Below are positions 19,839 through 31,200 of a stretch of DNA of 50,148 nt, in pieces. This stretch comes from Halodesulfurarchaeum sp. (lineage in GTDB: Archaea; Halobacteriota; Halobacteria; Halobacteriales; Halobacteriaceae): positions 1 to 50,148 of the forward strand of contig JBDGUI010000049.1 in assembly GCA_042216015.1 (NCBI GenBank), read 5' to 3'. Every line of letters starts with the position of its first letter. Within the stretch, counting starts at the first letter, position 1. A model generated the notes under the pieces. That model saw only the letters and a list, made by a program, of their open reading frames with translations. It was not told where the DNA came from and did not search any database. The position numbers and the translations under genes are program-made.

Positions 19839-20450
19839 GTGTCCGGACTGACCGTCTATCTCAACCGCGACGGAATGAACACCGTCGAGACCGACCAGAC
19901 GGCAGTCAGTGCGACCGAGGCCGTCGATATCGCCCTGGAAAACCACGGCAAACCGACTCACGTCCACCTCCACCTCGACGACGACCTTGCACTGCTCGGG
20001 TCCATCGAGGACCCACACTGGTTCGTTCCAGCTGGGGAACGTCGCGAACTCCACCTCGAACTCACACCGGCGGGCGAAGGACGCGGCAGACTCGATATCG
20101 CAGCCGGCTACGGCCAGGAACAGACGAGCGTCGAGGTCGAGGTCGAACCGGTCGAGGACGCGGCCGGGACCGAATCGATCGACGTCGTCGGTGGCCCCGC
20201 TCCCCAGGATCCGATAGCCGAAAGCGACGGGGAGCGGGCATCGCCTCCCCGGGGAATCGACACCGATCGGCTTCGAAACCCGATCGTGCTGGCGACCCTG
20301 GGTGGATTCGTGATCATGCTAATCCTGCTGCTCTTCGTCAATCCCCTGGCCTCGATCGCGGCCGGCATGGCCGCCATACTCGGGGGAATCGCCGTCTGGA
20401 GCTACGTGACCGACTGGGATCCGTTGACGGTCGAAGGCGAAAATTCCTGA
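19839..20450 (+). CDS. Conserved haloarchaeal membrane-anchored protein (DUF7524-like)
   Basis: LENHGKPTHVHLHL beta-rich domain plus two C-terminal TM segments. Probable GTG start at 19839. Confidence 0.7.
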   Translation: MSGLTVYLNRDGMNTVETDQTAVSATEAVDIALENHGKPTHVHLHLDDDLALLGSIEDPHWFVPAGERRELHLELTPAGEGRGRLDIAAGYGQEQTSVEVEVEPVEDAAGTESIDVVGGPAPQDPIAESDGERASPPRGIDTDRLRNPIVLATLGGFVIMLILLLFVNPLASIAAGMAAILGGIAVWSYVTDWDPLTVEGENS

Positions 20451-20501
20451 CTCGACCGGTGTCATCGGGAGCTTTTTGCCGCGGTCCGACCCTGTGAACA
20501 C

Positions 20502-20954
20502 ATGCCCTCGATAGCTGCCGAGACCCGTCGCGAGATCGAGAACAGCCCCCACCTCCGGCAGGCCCTCCGGGCGGGCATCGTGAACTTCACCGCAGCAGCC
20601 AGAAAGCTGGATGTCTCCGGCGAAACCGAGGCCGTCGCCTCGGCGCTCCGTCGTTACGCCGAGGAACTCCCCCCGCTGGAGACGGATCATGCGGTCCGGG
20701 TGCGAATGGAGCGGGGCGTCGATCATGGCGCAGTGACCGTCCAGGGAACCAGTCCCGACGCGGAGGATCACACCGCCATCAGCCTCGACGGCGAGATACC
20801 ACCGGAACTGTTCGGTCGCGTGCTGTCGGCCTTCGCGGGGACGGATCTCGAGATCTGCGGCGCGGGTGTCGTGGACGGATCCGGCGTCGTGCTCGTGAAT
20901 CGGGGTGACGGATCGCAGGCGCTCCGACTGATCGAGGCCGTCCTGGGACCGTAG
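20502..20954 (+). CDS. Conserved archaeal protein, HTH-like N-terminus + ACT-like C-terminus (DUF7523-like)
   Basis: P.LRQALRAGIVNFTAAARKL..EAVASALRRY motif. Confidence 0.75.
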   Translation: MPSIAAETRREIENSPHLRQALRAGIVNFTAAARKLDVSGETEAVASALRRYAEELPPLETDHAVRVRMERGVDHGAVTVQGTSPDAEDHTAISLDGEIPPELFGRVLSAFAGTDLEICGAGVVDGSGVVLVNRGDGSQALRLIEAVLGP

Positions 20955-21013
20955 ACTGATTCGAGCCCCGCTCTCGCAGAAGTTATACCGTTCGAACCAG
21001 CATATCTCTCCGA

Positions 21014-22503
<1,490 letters not shown>

Positions 22504-22507
<4 letters not shown>

Positions 22508-23739
22508 AGGGCCAGGGGAACGAAGAGCACCCCCATCAGGTGGACCCGCCGACTGTCGAAGTGGACGGGGATCGCGCCAATTGCACTCGCCACAAGGAGG
22601 AGAATCAACCCGAGCATCCCGGTGAAGATCCAGGTGAGCAGTCCCAGGAGCACGCCAACACCGATAGACAGCCGCGTGCTGTCGACGTTTCCGACGAGGG
22701 CGAAGTAACGATCACCGAGAATCGGGACCAGCACGAGGGCAACGGCGGCCGCGATAAGGATGGCCGCGAGGAGCAGCGGCAGGTTCGGTGGGAGGGAGGC
22801 CTCCTCGAAGGCGACGAGCACGCCCGTTCGGGGCGCACCGAGGGTAACCAGGGCGAACAGGGCGAAGACGGTGTTTGCGGTGTTGACCCCACTGACCGTC
22901 ACGATGAACCCCCGGTCGCCAGCCTCGCCCGGAAGCCCGAGGAAGGCGATGACCGCGGCGACGGCCGCGGAGACGCCCGGGATATAGGCGACGACCGCGC
23001 CGGCGCTTGCCCCGAGCAGACTCCACCCCCCGAGAGTCCGTGGATCGGTGGCGAGCGTGGTCCCCGTTTGGGGTGGAATGCCCGCTCCCGAAGCAGCGAG
23101 AACCAGCACGGGGATTCCGAAGAGCCCCGAGAGCAGCGGGAGAAGCGTATCGCCACCGGGGAGCACCCCTCCCGTTTTCAAGTCGAGGGTGAGGAGGCCG
23201 AGCGCACCGCTGGCCACGACGGCGAGCGCGCCGCCCACCCTGGCACGGGTCGTTTTTTCCGTGAGCACCATGACCAGCGCCAGGAGCGAGAGGACGATTC
23301 CGATGTGATCGATGATGACGGGGGCGACTCGGGTCATGGCAAGCGTCACGGGCATGCCGAGCACCACGGCGGTCAGGATAGCGCCGCCGCTCCCGAGGGC
23401 CGAGAGTCGGAGCGCCTCTCGCCCCCGTCCCCCCAGGACGAGCCGATGGCCGGGAAGCGCGGAGACGGCCATCGCGGCGTCCGGGACGCCGATCGCGAGC
23501 GTCGGGACGATGTCGAGAAACGAATGGGTGACTCCGGCGGCCAACATGGCCGCCCCGAGGAGATGGGGGTCCGCCGGGATCGCCGGCGCGATCGAGGCGA
23601 GGAGGATGGCGAAGGTGTTCACGTGGAGGCCCGGCGTCAACCCGCTCGCGGTCCCGAGCGCGATCCCCCCGGCGACGAACGCGAGCGACATCGCTGCTCC
23701 GGACGGATTCGAGACGAACCGGACGCCAGCGACCTCCAT
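22504..23739 (-). CDS. Tripartite tricarboxylate transporter TctA-like permease (DUF112)
   Basis: GLTPGLHVN, FLDIVP..GVPD, LPGHRLVL.GRG; highly hydrophobic. Confidence 0.85.
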
Positions 23740-23839
23740 CGTGGCCGAGTGGGCCGGTCATCGGATTTAAAGGCTCCCCCGGGCAGATTTGTGTGCCTGA
23801 CGGAAGTCCTAAGGTCGGTCTCCACGTTGACGCGGGTGT

Positions 23840-25420
23840 GTGATAATCGGCATCGACACGGGTGGGACGAACGTCGACGGCGTCGTCCTGGACGGGACGG
23901 GCATCTGCAGCACGGCGAAGGTCCCGAATACGGAGACCCGGGCGAGCATCGAGGAGGTCGTGGAGGCCCTCCGTGAGTCCTGTGACCAGTTCTCGATCGA
24001 TCGCGTGGTCGTGGCCACGACCCTCGTGGTCAACGCGGCCGTCCAGGATCGACTGCCCCACTGTACGAACGTGGTGATCCCCGGTCCGGGGCTTGCTCCC
24101 TCCCGGAGCTTCTTCGGAACGGAAAACCAGGTCGCATCCGGCGCAGTCGACCACCGGGGTCGCGTCACCGAGCCACTTTCCTATGCGGACTCGCCGAGCC
24201 ACGACGTCCGGGCGGTGACCGCGAAATTCTCCGATCGGAACCCCGAACTCGAGCGTGACCTGGCGGCCGACTTCGAGGAGGAATCACAGGCCGTCGCCAT
24301 TGGCAGCGAATCCGGAGCGGGTCTCACCTTCCCGGAACGGGCGGCAACGACGGTCGCGAACGCACGTGCCAAGCCGGTGTTTGCCGCCTACGAACGCGCC
24401 GTGGAACAGGCCATTTCGGCGGCCGGCCTCGACGCACCGGTCTACTATCTCAAGGGAGACGGGGCGATGCTTGGAAGCGAGGCGATGTTGACGACCCCCG
24501 CCCACACGATTCGGAGCGGGTCGGCCGCGAGCGCACTCGGTCTCGTGGCCCTGACCGGCATGGACCACGGCATCGCGGTGGACATCGGGGGGACGACGAC
24601 TGACGTGAGTCGGATCGTCGATGGCTTTCCCGACACCGAACCGGACGTCACGGAGGGCGATCTCGAGACCGCCTACGAGGGGGTCACCGCCACGAGTCTC
24701 CCCATCGGAGGCGACACTCGCATCGAACCGACCGAGGAGGGGTTCGGCCTCGCGGACGAGCGAATGGGCGATGCGGCCGCACTCGGCGGGGACGTTCCCA
24801 CGGTGACCGATGCGCTTCACGTCCTGGGTATCTTCGAGACGGGATCCGTCGCGGACGCCCGTGCAGCCCTCGAATCCCTGGGGGGCGATCCGGAGGCGAT
24901 CGCGGAGTCGGTTCTCGCGGAGTTCGAGACGCGGGTCGGGAGGGCCATCGACCGTGTCAACGATCGGGAGCGGGCCGCCATCGCCGTGGGGGGCACGCTC
25001 GCCCCGATACTCGGACCGCGGCTGGCCCGGTCGATCGAGTCTGTGACCGACGCGGAGATCCCGGGAAACGCTGATGTCGCCGGAGCCGTCGGCTGTGGGG
25101 TCGCCAGGGTCAGCGTCGATACCGCAGTTCACATCGACAGCCATCGCGGGGTCAAGACGATCACGGCGGTCGGATCCGAACGGCTCGAATCCGTCGAATC
25201 CGGCCGTCAATTCTCCGACCAGGAGGTTCGCGAGATCGTGGTCCAGGCCGCACAGGAGGCCGCGATGGCGGCCGGAGGCGAGCCCAACAAACCGGTTCAG
25301 ATCCAGGCGACCGACGGGTTCAGCGTCGTGGAACGCGGCTCGGTCGTCGGCCAGATCATCAACGCTCGGGCCCGCGTGGCGCCGGGCATCGAACGGTGGT
25401 ACGAGGGCGAGGAACCATGA
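23840..25420 (+). CDS. Hydantoinase/oxoprolinase-family protein (ATP-binding A subunit-like)
   Basis: GIDTGGTNVD, TTLVVNA, DIGGTTTD, IGGD, PTVTDA, AGAVG (actin-like ASKHA motifs). Confidence 0.88.
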   Translation: MIIGIDTGGTNVDGVVLDGTGICSTAKVPNTETRASIEEVVEALRESCDQFSIDRVVVATTLVVNAAVQDRLPHCTNVVIPGPGLAPSRSFFGTENQVASGAVDHRGRVTEPLSYADSPSHDVRAVTAKFSDRNPELERDLAADFEEESQAVAIGSESGAGLTFPERAATTVANARAKPVFAAYERAVEQAISAAGLDAPVYYLKGDGAMLGSEAMLTTPAHTIRSGSAASALGLVALTGMDHGIAVDIGGTTTDVSRIVDGFPDTEPDVTEGDLETAYEGVTATSLPIGGDTRIEPTEEGFGLADERMGDAAALGGDVPTVTDALHVLGIFETGSVADARAALESLGGDPEAIAESVLAEFETRVGRAIDRVNDRERAAIAVGGTLAPILGPRLARSIESVTDAEIPGNADVAGAVGCGVARVSVDTAVHIDSHRGVKTITAVGSERLESVESGRQFSDQEVREIVVQAAQEAAMAAGGEPNKPVQIQATDGFSVVERGSVVGQIINARARVAPGIERWYEGEEP

Positions 25421-26484
25421 GCATGGGGTTGATCTACCACGACGCCTATCTCCGGCACGAGCACACCCCCACCCACCCGGAACGCCGGGAACGGCTCCAG
25501 TACACGATGGACCAGCTCCGGGAGGAGGGGGTTCTCGACGATCCGGCGGTCGACCAGCTCGATCCCTTCGAGGTGACAGACGAACAGATCGATCGGGTCC
25601 ACACCGACACCTACGTCGAACGGCTGCGGTCGATGTCGGAGACCGGGAGCGGCCGGTTGAGTGCCGACACGCACGTCTCGGAGCACACCTGGGCGACGGC
25701 GAAGTTGGCCGCTGGCGGGGTGCTTCGGGGACTCGAGGCCGTCGAGGCCGGCGAGGTGGACTCGGCGTTCGTGATGGCCCGCCCGGGTGGTCACCACGCC
25801 TTCTCCGACGACGGCCACGGGTTCTGCTATCTCAACAACACGGCGGTCGCAATCCGGCACCTGCAGGCGACGACGGACGTCGAGCGCGTGTTGATCTGGG
25901 ACTGGGATGCTCATCACGGGGATGGCACCCAGTCGATCTTCTACGAGGATCCCTCGGTGCTGGTCATGTCGACCCACCAGGACGGCAGGACCCTGTTCCC
26001 GGGCACCGGGAACGTCGAGGACGTCGGGGCTGGGGCGGGCCGTGGCTACAACGTCAACGTCCCCCTTCCGCCGAAAACAACCGACGAGGCCTATATGAAG
26101 GTGGTCTCCGAGGTGTTCGAACCGATCGCCGCACAGTTCGATCCGGACCTGGTGTTCGTCGAGGCGGGGCAGGACAACCACTTCACGGATCCGATCACCG
26201 ACCTCGGCGTCACCGCCCAGGGGTACGCGGCCCTCATGGAATCGGCGGTGAACGTCGCCGATCGGCTCGCGGACGGTGACATCGTCGCCTCCCTCGCCGG
26301 CGGGTACGGGATCGAGGGCGGACTTCCCTACACGAACCTGGCGGTCATCGCGACCCTGCTCGACTACGAGACTCAACACATTCGCGAGCCGGCGATCTAC
26401 GACCCACCGACGGAGAACCCGGACGTCTCGGAGGTTCTCGAGCGGGTCATCGACGTCCACGGCGAGTTCTGGAACCTGCGATGA
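25417..26484 (+). CDS. Histone deacetylase/AcuC-family Zn-dependent amidohydrolase
   Basis: HPERRERL, RPGGHHA, GFCYLNN, DWDAHHGDGTQ, NVPLP, GQDNHFTDP, GGY. ATGA overlap with the upstream gene. Confidence 0.93.
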   Translation: MSMGLIYHDAYLRHEHTPTHPERRERLQYTMDQLREEGVLDDPAVDQLDPFEVTDEQIDRVHTDTYVERLRSMSETGSGRLSADTHVSEHTWATAKLAAGGVLRGLEAVEAGEVDSAFVMARPGGHHAFSDDGHGFCYLNNTAVAIRHLQATTDVERVLIWDWDAHHGDGTQSIFYEDPSVLVMSTHQDGRTLFPGTGNVEDVGAGAGRGYNVNVPLPPKTTDEAYMKVVSEVFEPIAAQFDPDLVFVEAGQDNHFTDPITDLGVTAQGYAALMESAVNVADRLADGDIVASLAGGYGIEGGLPYTNLAVIATLLDYETQHIREPAIYDPPTENPDVSEVLERVIDVHGEFWNLR

Positions 26485-26501
26485 TTCCGTCGAACCGCCA
26501 T

Positions 26502-26933
26502 TCAGGTGGTTTGCTGGTGGCTCTCGAGATGGGCGACGTGTCGGGTGGTGAGTTCGAACAGTCGCTCCGTCCAGCCGGCGAGGTCGGGTGAGGTCCCATC
26601 CGATTGCAGGGCCGTCGCGACCTTCGAGAGTGCCTGATAGAGATCGACACCGATTGCCCCAGCCTCGAATCCCTCCTCGAAGAGATCGGTACCGGTACCC
26701 CCCACGTCCGGCGTCGATTCGACACCGACCTGCTGGGCGACGTGACCGGTCCAGAACTCCAGCAGGAGCGTCGCTCCTTGCGAGTGCGAGTCGTCCTCGA
26801 GCGCTTCGGCGACCGCCGTCGTCAGTTCGTCGAGTTCGTCGATTCGGGACGCCGGGAGATCCTCGTGGGAATGGGTCCCAACGGTCGCCCCGAGGGCACG
26901 TGCCAGCTCGTCGTCGATCGCGTCGGTGGCCAT
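26502..26933 (-). CDS. Hypothetical acidic helical protein (143 aa)
   Basis: Haloarchaeal acidic composition and codon style; no family recognised. Confidence 0.7.
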   Translation of the reverse strand: MATDAIDDELARALGATVGTHSHEDLPASRIDELDELTTAVAEALEDDSHSQGATLLLEFWTGHVAQQVGVESTPDVGGTGTDLFEEGFEAGAIGVDLYQALSKVATALQSDGTSPDLAGWTERLFELTTRHVAHLESHQQTT

Positions 26934-27331
26934 GCATACCATTCGAGGTGTCCCCTCAAAACAGGTGTGGAACAACTCATCGATTCGTCGAAAAAGCGGT
27001 CACAGGGGTGAGAGTGACCGTGGCAGTGGTCTGGTGGTCACGGACCGCTTCGGCCAGCAGGGACGGGTGGGGGGACCCGATCCTGGGCCGACTTCACAAG
27101 CTAGGCGGTTTGTACACAAGTGATCGTTGGTATCCATGAATATTGCTCCAATCTCGTATTCGATTGTTCGGATCGATTTCCGAATCGGTCTCGGGACCCG
27201 CCATTTTGAGGCTTATCGCGTGATACACGGATGTGGATGACCGAACCGCTGCGAGCCAAGCGTGGTGGAGGAAACACGATTCACGTGTGTGAGACCCGAA
27301 TCGATGACCGGGTGAAATTCCCCTCGTGGGT

Positions 27332-27853
27332 TTAGGGTTGGTGACTGTTCGATATCGGCTTGCGCCCGAAGTCCGTCATTGCGACCGATCGAAAGATAAC
27401 GGGTTTCGATTCGGAAACCGTCACCTCGATTTCGCCGCTGAGCCAGAGGACATAGAGGTTCTGTGCGATCGAATCCCGGTTCGAATCGAGCGCGTCTCGA
27501 AGGGTCTCCCGCGAGATACGGTCGGGCCGATTCGTGTCCCTGAATCGTCTGTAGAGCACCTTTCGCAGCCGATTCTGTTCTGCGCTGGAAAAACAGATCG
27601 AAACCCCCTCGGTTTTTGCAGTCCGAATCGCCCGTTCGTTGAGTACCGCCGACCCCTGAAGCGGTTGGATTTTTAGAAATTGTCTCCTGAAACGTTCGCT
27701 CGCCTTTCGAATTGTGTTGTTTTCGTAATCGGGGAACTCCTCCCGGACGGTGACTGCAAACTCATCAGGATCGATCGAATAATCAAATGGGTACGGCTTC
27801 CACGTTTCCACCTGCCATCTCAACAGCGATGAAACCAGAGATGGCGTACCCAT
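27332..27853 (-). CDS. Hypothetical protein with possible C-terminal winged helix, in lower-GC patch
   Basis: Open frame; C-terminus ISRETLRDAL...QNLYVL.LSGEIEV...MTDFGR resembles a wHTH. Start uncertain. Confidence 0.5.
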   Translation of the reverse strand: MGTPSLVSSLLRWQVETWKPYPFDYSIDPDEFAVTVREEFPDYENNTIRKASERFRRQFLKIQPLQGSAVLNERAIRTAKTEGVSICFSSAEQNRLRKVLYRRFRDTNRPDRISRETLRDALDSNRDSIAQNLYVLWLSGEIEVTVSESKPVIFRSVAMTDFGRKPISNSHQP

Positions 27854-28456
27854 ATACCATCGTTCATAACCGAACAAATAGTTGTTTCGGGCACCCGATA
27901 CGAGGGCCAGTTGGGTCGGCGGTCGATATTCAGGTCGTCGTGGCATATCGGTAAGCCTGGAGGGCGCCCCGCAGTCCCCCCTCGAGACGGACCAGCGGAA
28001 ACCGGGTAAAATCCGATGTAAATTCGAGATACCCGTACAAAACACCCATCCGTTATTCTTTCAGTAGTCGATCCATGGTACCAGTTGTCTACTTGGAATC
28101 GATCCACCCCACGTCAATCTCGGCGAGCTGAGGGGCGAACTCGAGGAGGCGATCGAGGACGCCCTTCGCCTCATCTCCCAGGACCGCAGTGAGGGCCGAA
28201 ATCGACTAGCTCGTCGAGGACCTGCCGAGCGGGGACATCACCCGGGTCGAGGACCTGCATAGCCCCCGAAAATCGTCGAAACGAGCCCCATAGACGATCC
28301 CGAGGCAAACGACGGCGACCTCGAGGATAACGTCTCGGTTTACGAACGTCTCTCCCGTTCATCGGGACTGGCAGCGAGGGGCTGGTCGGCAATCGTGACG
28401 GGGCAAACAGTGAAACCGCGCTCGAGTATAACGCGATTGCTGGCCGAACACGGGGC

Positions 28457-28498
28457 GAGTCGGGATGGCCGTCTGAAGAGTCGCGATGGCCGTCTGAA
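28457..28498. repeat. 21-bp tandem duplication (1 mismatch)
   Basis: gagtcgggatggccgtctgaa / gagtcgcgatggccgtctgaa. Confidence 0.85.
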
Positions 28499-28658
28499 GC
28501 ACGACTGAGGGCGGGGAGTCCGTCGGTCCGACTAGGTTCCTGAACAGGCGCGGTCCGCTCGGCGAGCAATCGCCGAGCGATCGGGCCTGTGATGGGGAAC
28601 TCGCCGAGCGGCGCTGGGACGTCTCGGAGTCCCTCACTGGCGTCGAGTACGACTTCGA

Positions 28659-29087
28659 TTAGGATTTCCGGAGATTCGCCGTGATCCGCCCCAGGTATTC
28701 GGCCAGCTCCTCCTTTTCCTCAGGGTCGAACCCCTGGAGCATCCGTTCGGTCGCCCGCTGCCCGATCTTCCGCACCGGCTCGTCGAGCTCTCGACCACGG
28801 TCGGTGAGATAGATCAGGCGCACACGCCCGTCCGCGTCGCTCCGCTCCTTTCGGAGCAGCCCGCGTTCGATCAGCGAGTTGACGGTCTTCGAGACGGTCG
28901 ACTTCGAGAGCTCCAGATCCTCCTGCAGGGCCTTCTGGGAGATCCCATCGCCATCCCTGAACAGCCGAACCAGGACTGGCAACTCGCCTCGGTTGATCCC
29001 CTCCTCGGCGGCGAGATCCCCGAGTTCCGCGATCAGGGCCTTGTGAGCCCCGGTCAACAGGTCGATGAACCGCTCGCTCTCTTTCAT
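28659..29087 (-). CDS. MarR-family transcriptional regulator
   Basis: ISQKAL..L.LSKSTVSKTVNSL.ERGLLRK...DGRVRLIYLTDRG. Confidence 0.92.
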   Translation of the reverse strand: MKESERFIDLLTGAHKALIAELGDLAAEEGINRGELPVLVRLFRDGDGISQKALQEDLELSKSTVSKTVNSLIERGLLRKERSDADGRVRLIYLTDRGRELDEPVRKIGQRATERMLQGFDPEEKEELAEYLGRITANLRKS

Positions 29088-29088
29088 C

Positions 29089-29979
29089 TCAGGCAACCCC
29101 GGTGCTCGTCACCCGTTTGATCGTGAACACGGCCACGACGCCGGTCAGGAGGACGTAGCCGCCCAGGACCGCAAACGCCGGCACGAGCGTGTTCCAGATC
29201 CCCGAAAAGGCACTCACCTCGATCACGGTCATCACGTCTGCCCCGACGATCATCGCTCGCGAAGCATCGACGCCGTAGGTGACGGGATTGACGGCCGCGA
29301 AGGTCCGGATCCAGGGCGGAAGTGCGGCGAGTGGCAGGAAGGCGTTCGAGAGGAACAGCAGTGGAAACATGATCGGCATCGTCACGGACATCATGACCTC
29401 GGGATCCCTGGTGAGCATCGCGATCGCCGTCGAGAGCGAGACGAAGATCGTCGAGAAGAGCACCCCCACGAGGACGACCCCGAGGATGCCCGGCACCCCG
29501 GTGGCGATCTCGGCACCCATGAGGACGCCGAGGCCCAGAATGATCAGGATCTGGACGGCGATCCGGGCGAGTTCCGAGGCCGTCTTGCCCAGAAAGACCG
29601 CCGTCGTGCCCATCGGGGAAACCATGACCTTCTCGAAGATCCACTCGTCCATGTCCCTGACGAGGGTGATGCCCGCGCCCTGCCCCGTGGTGATGGAGAC
29701 CTGGATGGCGATGGCGGGAAGGAGGAAGGTGAGATAGGAGAGGTGCTTCCCGAGTGCCTCGGTGATCGGCCCCGCGGCGATCCCGCCGAAGACCGCCGTG
29801 AAGAGAACGAGGAAGATGATCGGCTGGATCAGGTCCATTACGATCGCGCTGGGGCTGCGGACGAACTTCTTGAGCCACCGAACGAAGTTCGCTCGGACCT
29901 CGCCCGGGAAGGTGTTCTTCGAGCGCTCGAACCCGGACGCGGGGGTCGATCCGGACGATTGATCGGGGTCCGTGCTCAT
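29089..29979 (-). CDS. ABC-2 type exporter permease (DrrB-like)
   Basis: QPIIFLVLF, FLSNAFLP..LPPWI..NPVTYGVDA; about six TM helices. Confidence 0.92.
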   Translation of the reverse strand: MSTDPDQSSGSTPASGFERSKNTFPGEVRANFVRWLKKFVRSPSAIVMDLIQPIIFLVLFTAVFGGIAAGPITEALGKHLSYLTFLLPAIAIQVSITTGQGAGITLVRDMDEWIFEKVMVSPMGTTAVFLGKTASELARIAVQILIILGLGVLMGAEIATGVPGILGVVLVGVLFSTIFVSLSTAIAMLTRDPEVMMSVTMPIMFPLLFLSNAFLPLAALPPWIRTFAAVNPVTYGVDASRAMIVGADVMTVIEVSAFSGIWNTLVPAFAVLGGYVLLTGVVAVFTIKRVTSTGVA

Positions 29980-31019
29980 CGTTCTCCCTCCGCCGGAATC
30001 TCGTCGGCGTCGAGCTGTTCGCCCGTGAGTGTGAGAAAGACGTCGTCCAGGGTCGGTTCGTGCAGTTCGAATCGCTCGATTTCGAGGTCGTGCCCGATCA
30101 GCGTTCCGAGCAGGTCCACCGCGAGGGTCTGTATATTCGGTCCGGTGATCGAGAGGCCACCATCGGTCACCTCGATCGCCGTCTCTGCCGGCATCTTTTC
30201 GGAATTCCGCAAAATGCTGGCCGCTCGGTCGGTCTGTCCCTCTTCGCCGAATTCAATCCCGAGGACGTACCCACCGACCCGGGCTTTCAACTCGCTCGGG
30301 GTGCCCGAGGCGATGATCTGTCCGTCCTGAATGACAGCCAGGGAATCACAGAGCGCGTTTGCCTCTTCGAGGTACTGGGTCGTCAGAAAAATCGTCTGGC
30401 CCCGTTCGTTGATCCGCTCGAAGTAGCGCCAGAGTTCGTTTCGGGACTTGGGATCGAGACCGGTGGTCGGCTCGTCGAGGAAGACGAGCGGGGGGTCATG
30501 AACCAGTGCGGTGGCCGCGTCCAGTCGCTTTTTCATGCCACCGGAGAACTCCTCGGCAGGTTTCTCGGCCACGTCCTCGAGTTCGACGAGGGAGAGCAGC
30601 GTTTCGATTCGTTCCTCGCGGTCCTCGGTGGGTACCCCATAGGCCGCACAGGCAAAGCGGAGGTTCTCGCGTGCGGTCAGTTCGCCGTCGACGCTCGTCT
30701 CCTGGGCCATGTATCCGATCGTTTCCCGGATCGCCTGCGGATCGGCCTCCAGATCGAACCCGTTGACCTCGACGCTTCCGGCCGTCGGGTGGAGGAGGGT
30801 CACCAGGATCTCGATGAACGTCGTCTTACCCGCGCCGTTTGGGCCGAGAAAGCCGAAGAAGGCCCCGCGTGGGACCGAGAGGGTGATTCCGTCGACGGCT
30901 GTGGTTCCGTCGCTGTAGGTCAGTTCGAGGTCCACGGTCCGGATGGCATCGTCCGGATCCCGGCCCGTGTCTGCACCTTCTTCCCTAGGAAGTGTCTCCC
31001 GAGAGGGCCGCTGGGCCAT
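29976..31019 (-). CDS. ABC exporter ATP-binding protein (DrrA-like)
   Basis: GPNGAGKTT, FSGGMKKRL, FLDEPTTGLDP, LTTQYLEEA, PTLDDVF. Start 31019 or 31037. Confidence 0.95.
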   Translation of the reverse strand: MAQRPSRETLPREEGADTGRDPDDAIRTVDLELTYSDGTTAVDGITLSVPRGAFFGFLGPNGAGKTTFIEILVTLLHPTAGSVEVNGFDLEADPQAIRETIGYMAQETSVDGELTARENLRFACAAYGVPTEDREERIETLLSLVELEDVAEKPAEEFSGGMKKRLDAATALVHDPPLVFLDEPTTGLDPKSRNELWRYFERINERGQTIFLTTQYLEEANALCDSLAVIQDGQIIASGTPSELKARVGGYVLGIEFGEEGQTDRAASILRNSEKMPAETAIEVTDGGLSITGPNIQTLAVDLLGTLIGHDLEIERFELHEPTLDDVFLTLTGEQLDADEIPAEGER

Positions 31020-31028
31020 ACCCGATAA

Positions 31029-31046
31029 TAGTTTCATATCGAACTA
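31029..31046. promoter_or_regulatory. Candidate MarR operator (TAGTT-N8-AACTA inverted repeat)
   Basis: tagtttcatatcgaacta is AT-rich and lies ~10 bp upstream of the ABC operon ATG at 31019. Confidence 0.5.
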
Positions 31047-31200
31047 AATCTATCGCTTCCGAATCCATGACAGATTGCGGCCTCCCTGATCATTCGCCTG
31101 TCACCGCTGGGGGTGAGCAGTATCGACGCCGTCACCCACGGCCCGGGCGTGCAATCGATTTTTGGCAAGTCCTAAGAGACTGCACAGATTTACCGGGTAT

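Noticed and set aside
28468..28498. GCCGTCTGAA (Neisseria DNA uptake sequence) twice here and once near 789
   Set aside because: Two copies come from one tandem duplication. The host is a haloarchaeon and the frequency is compatible with chance.
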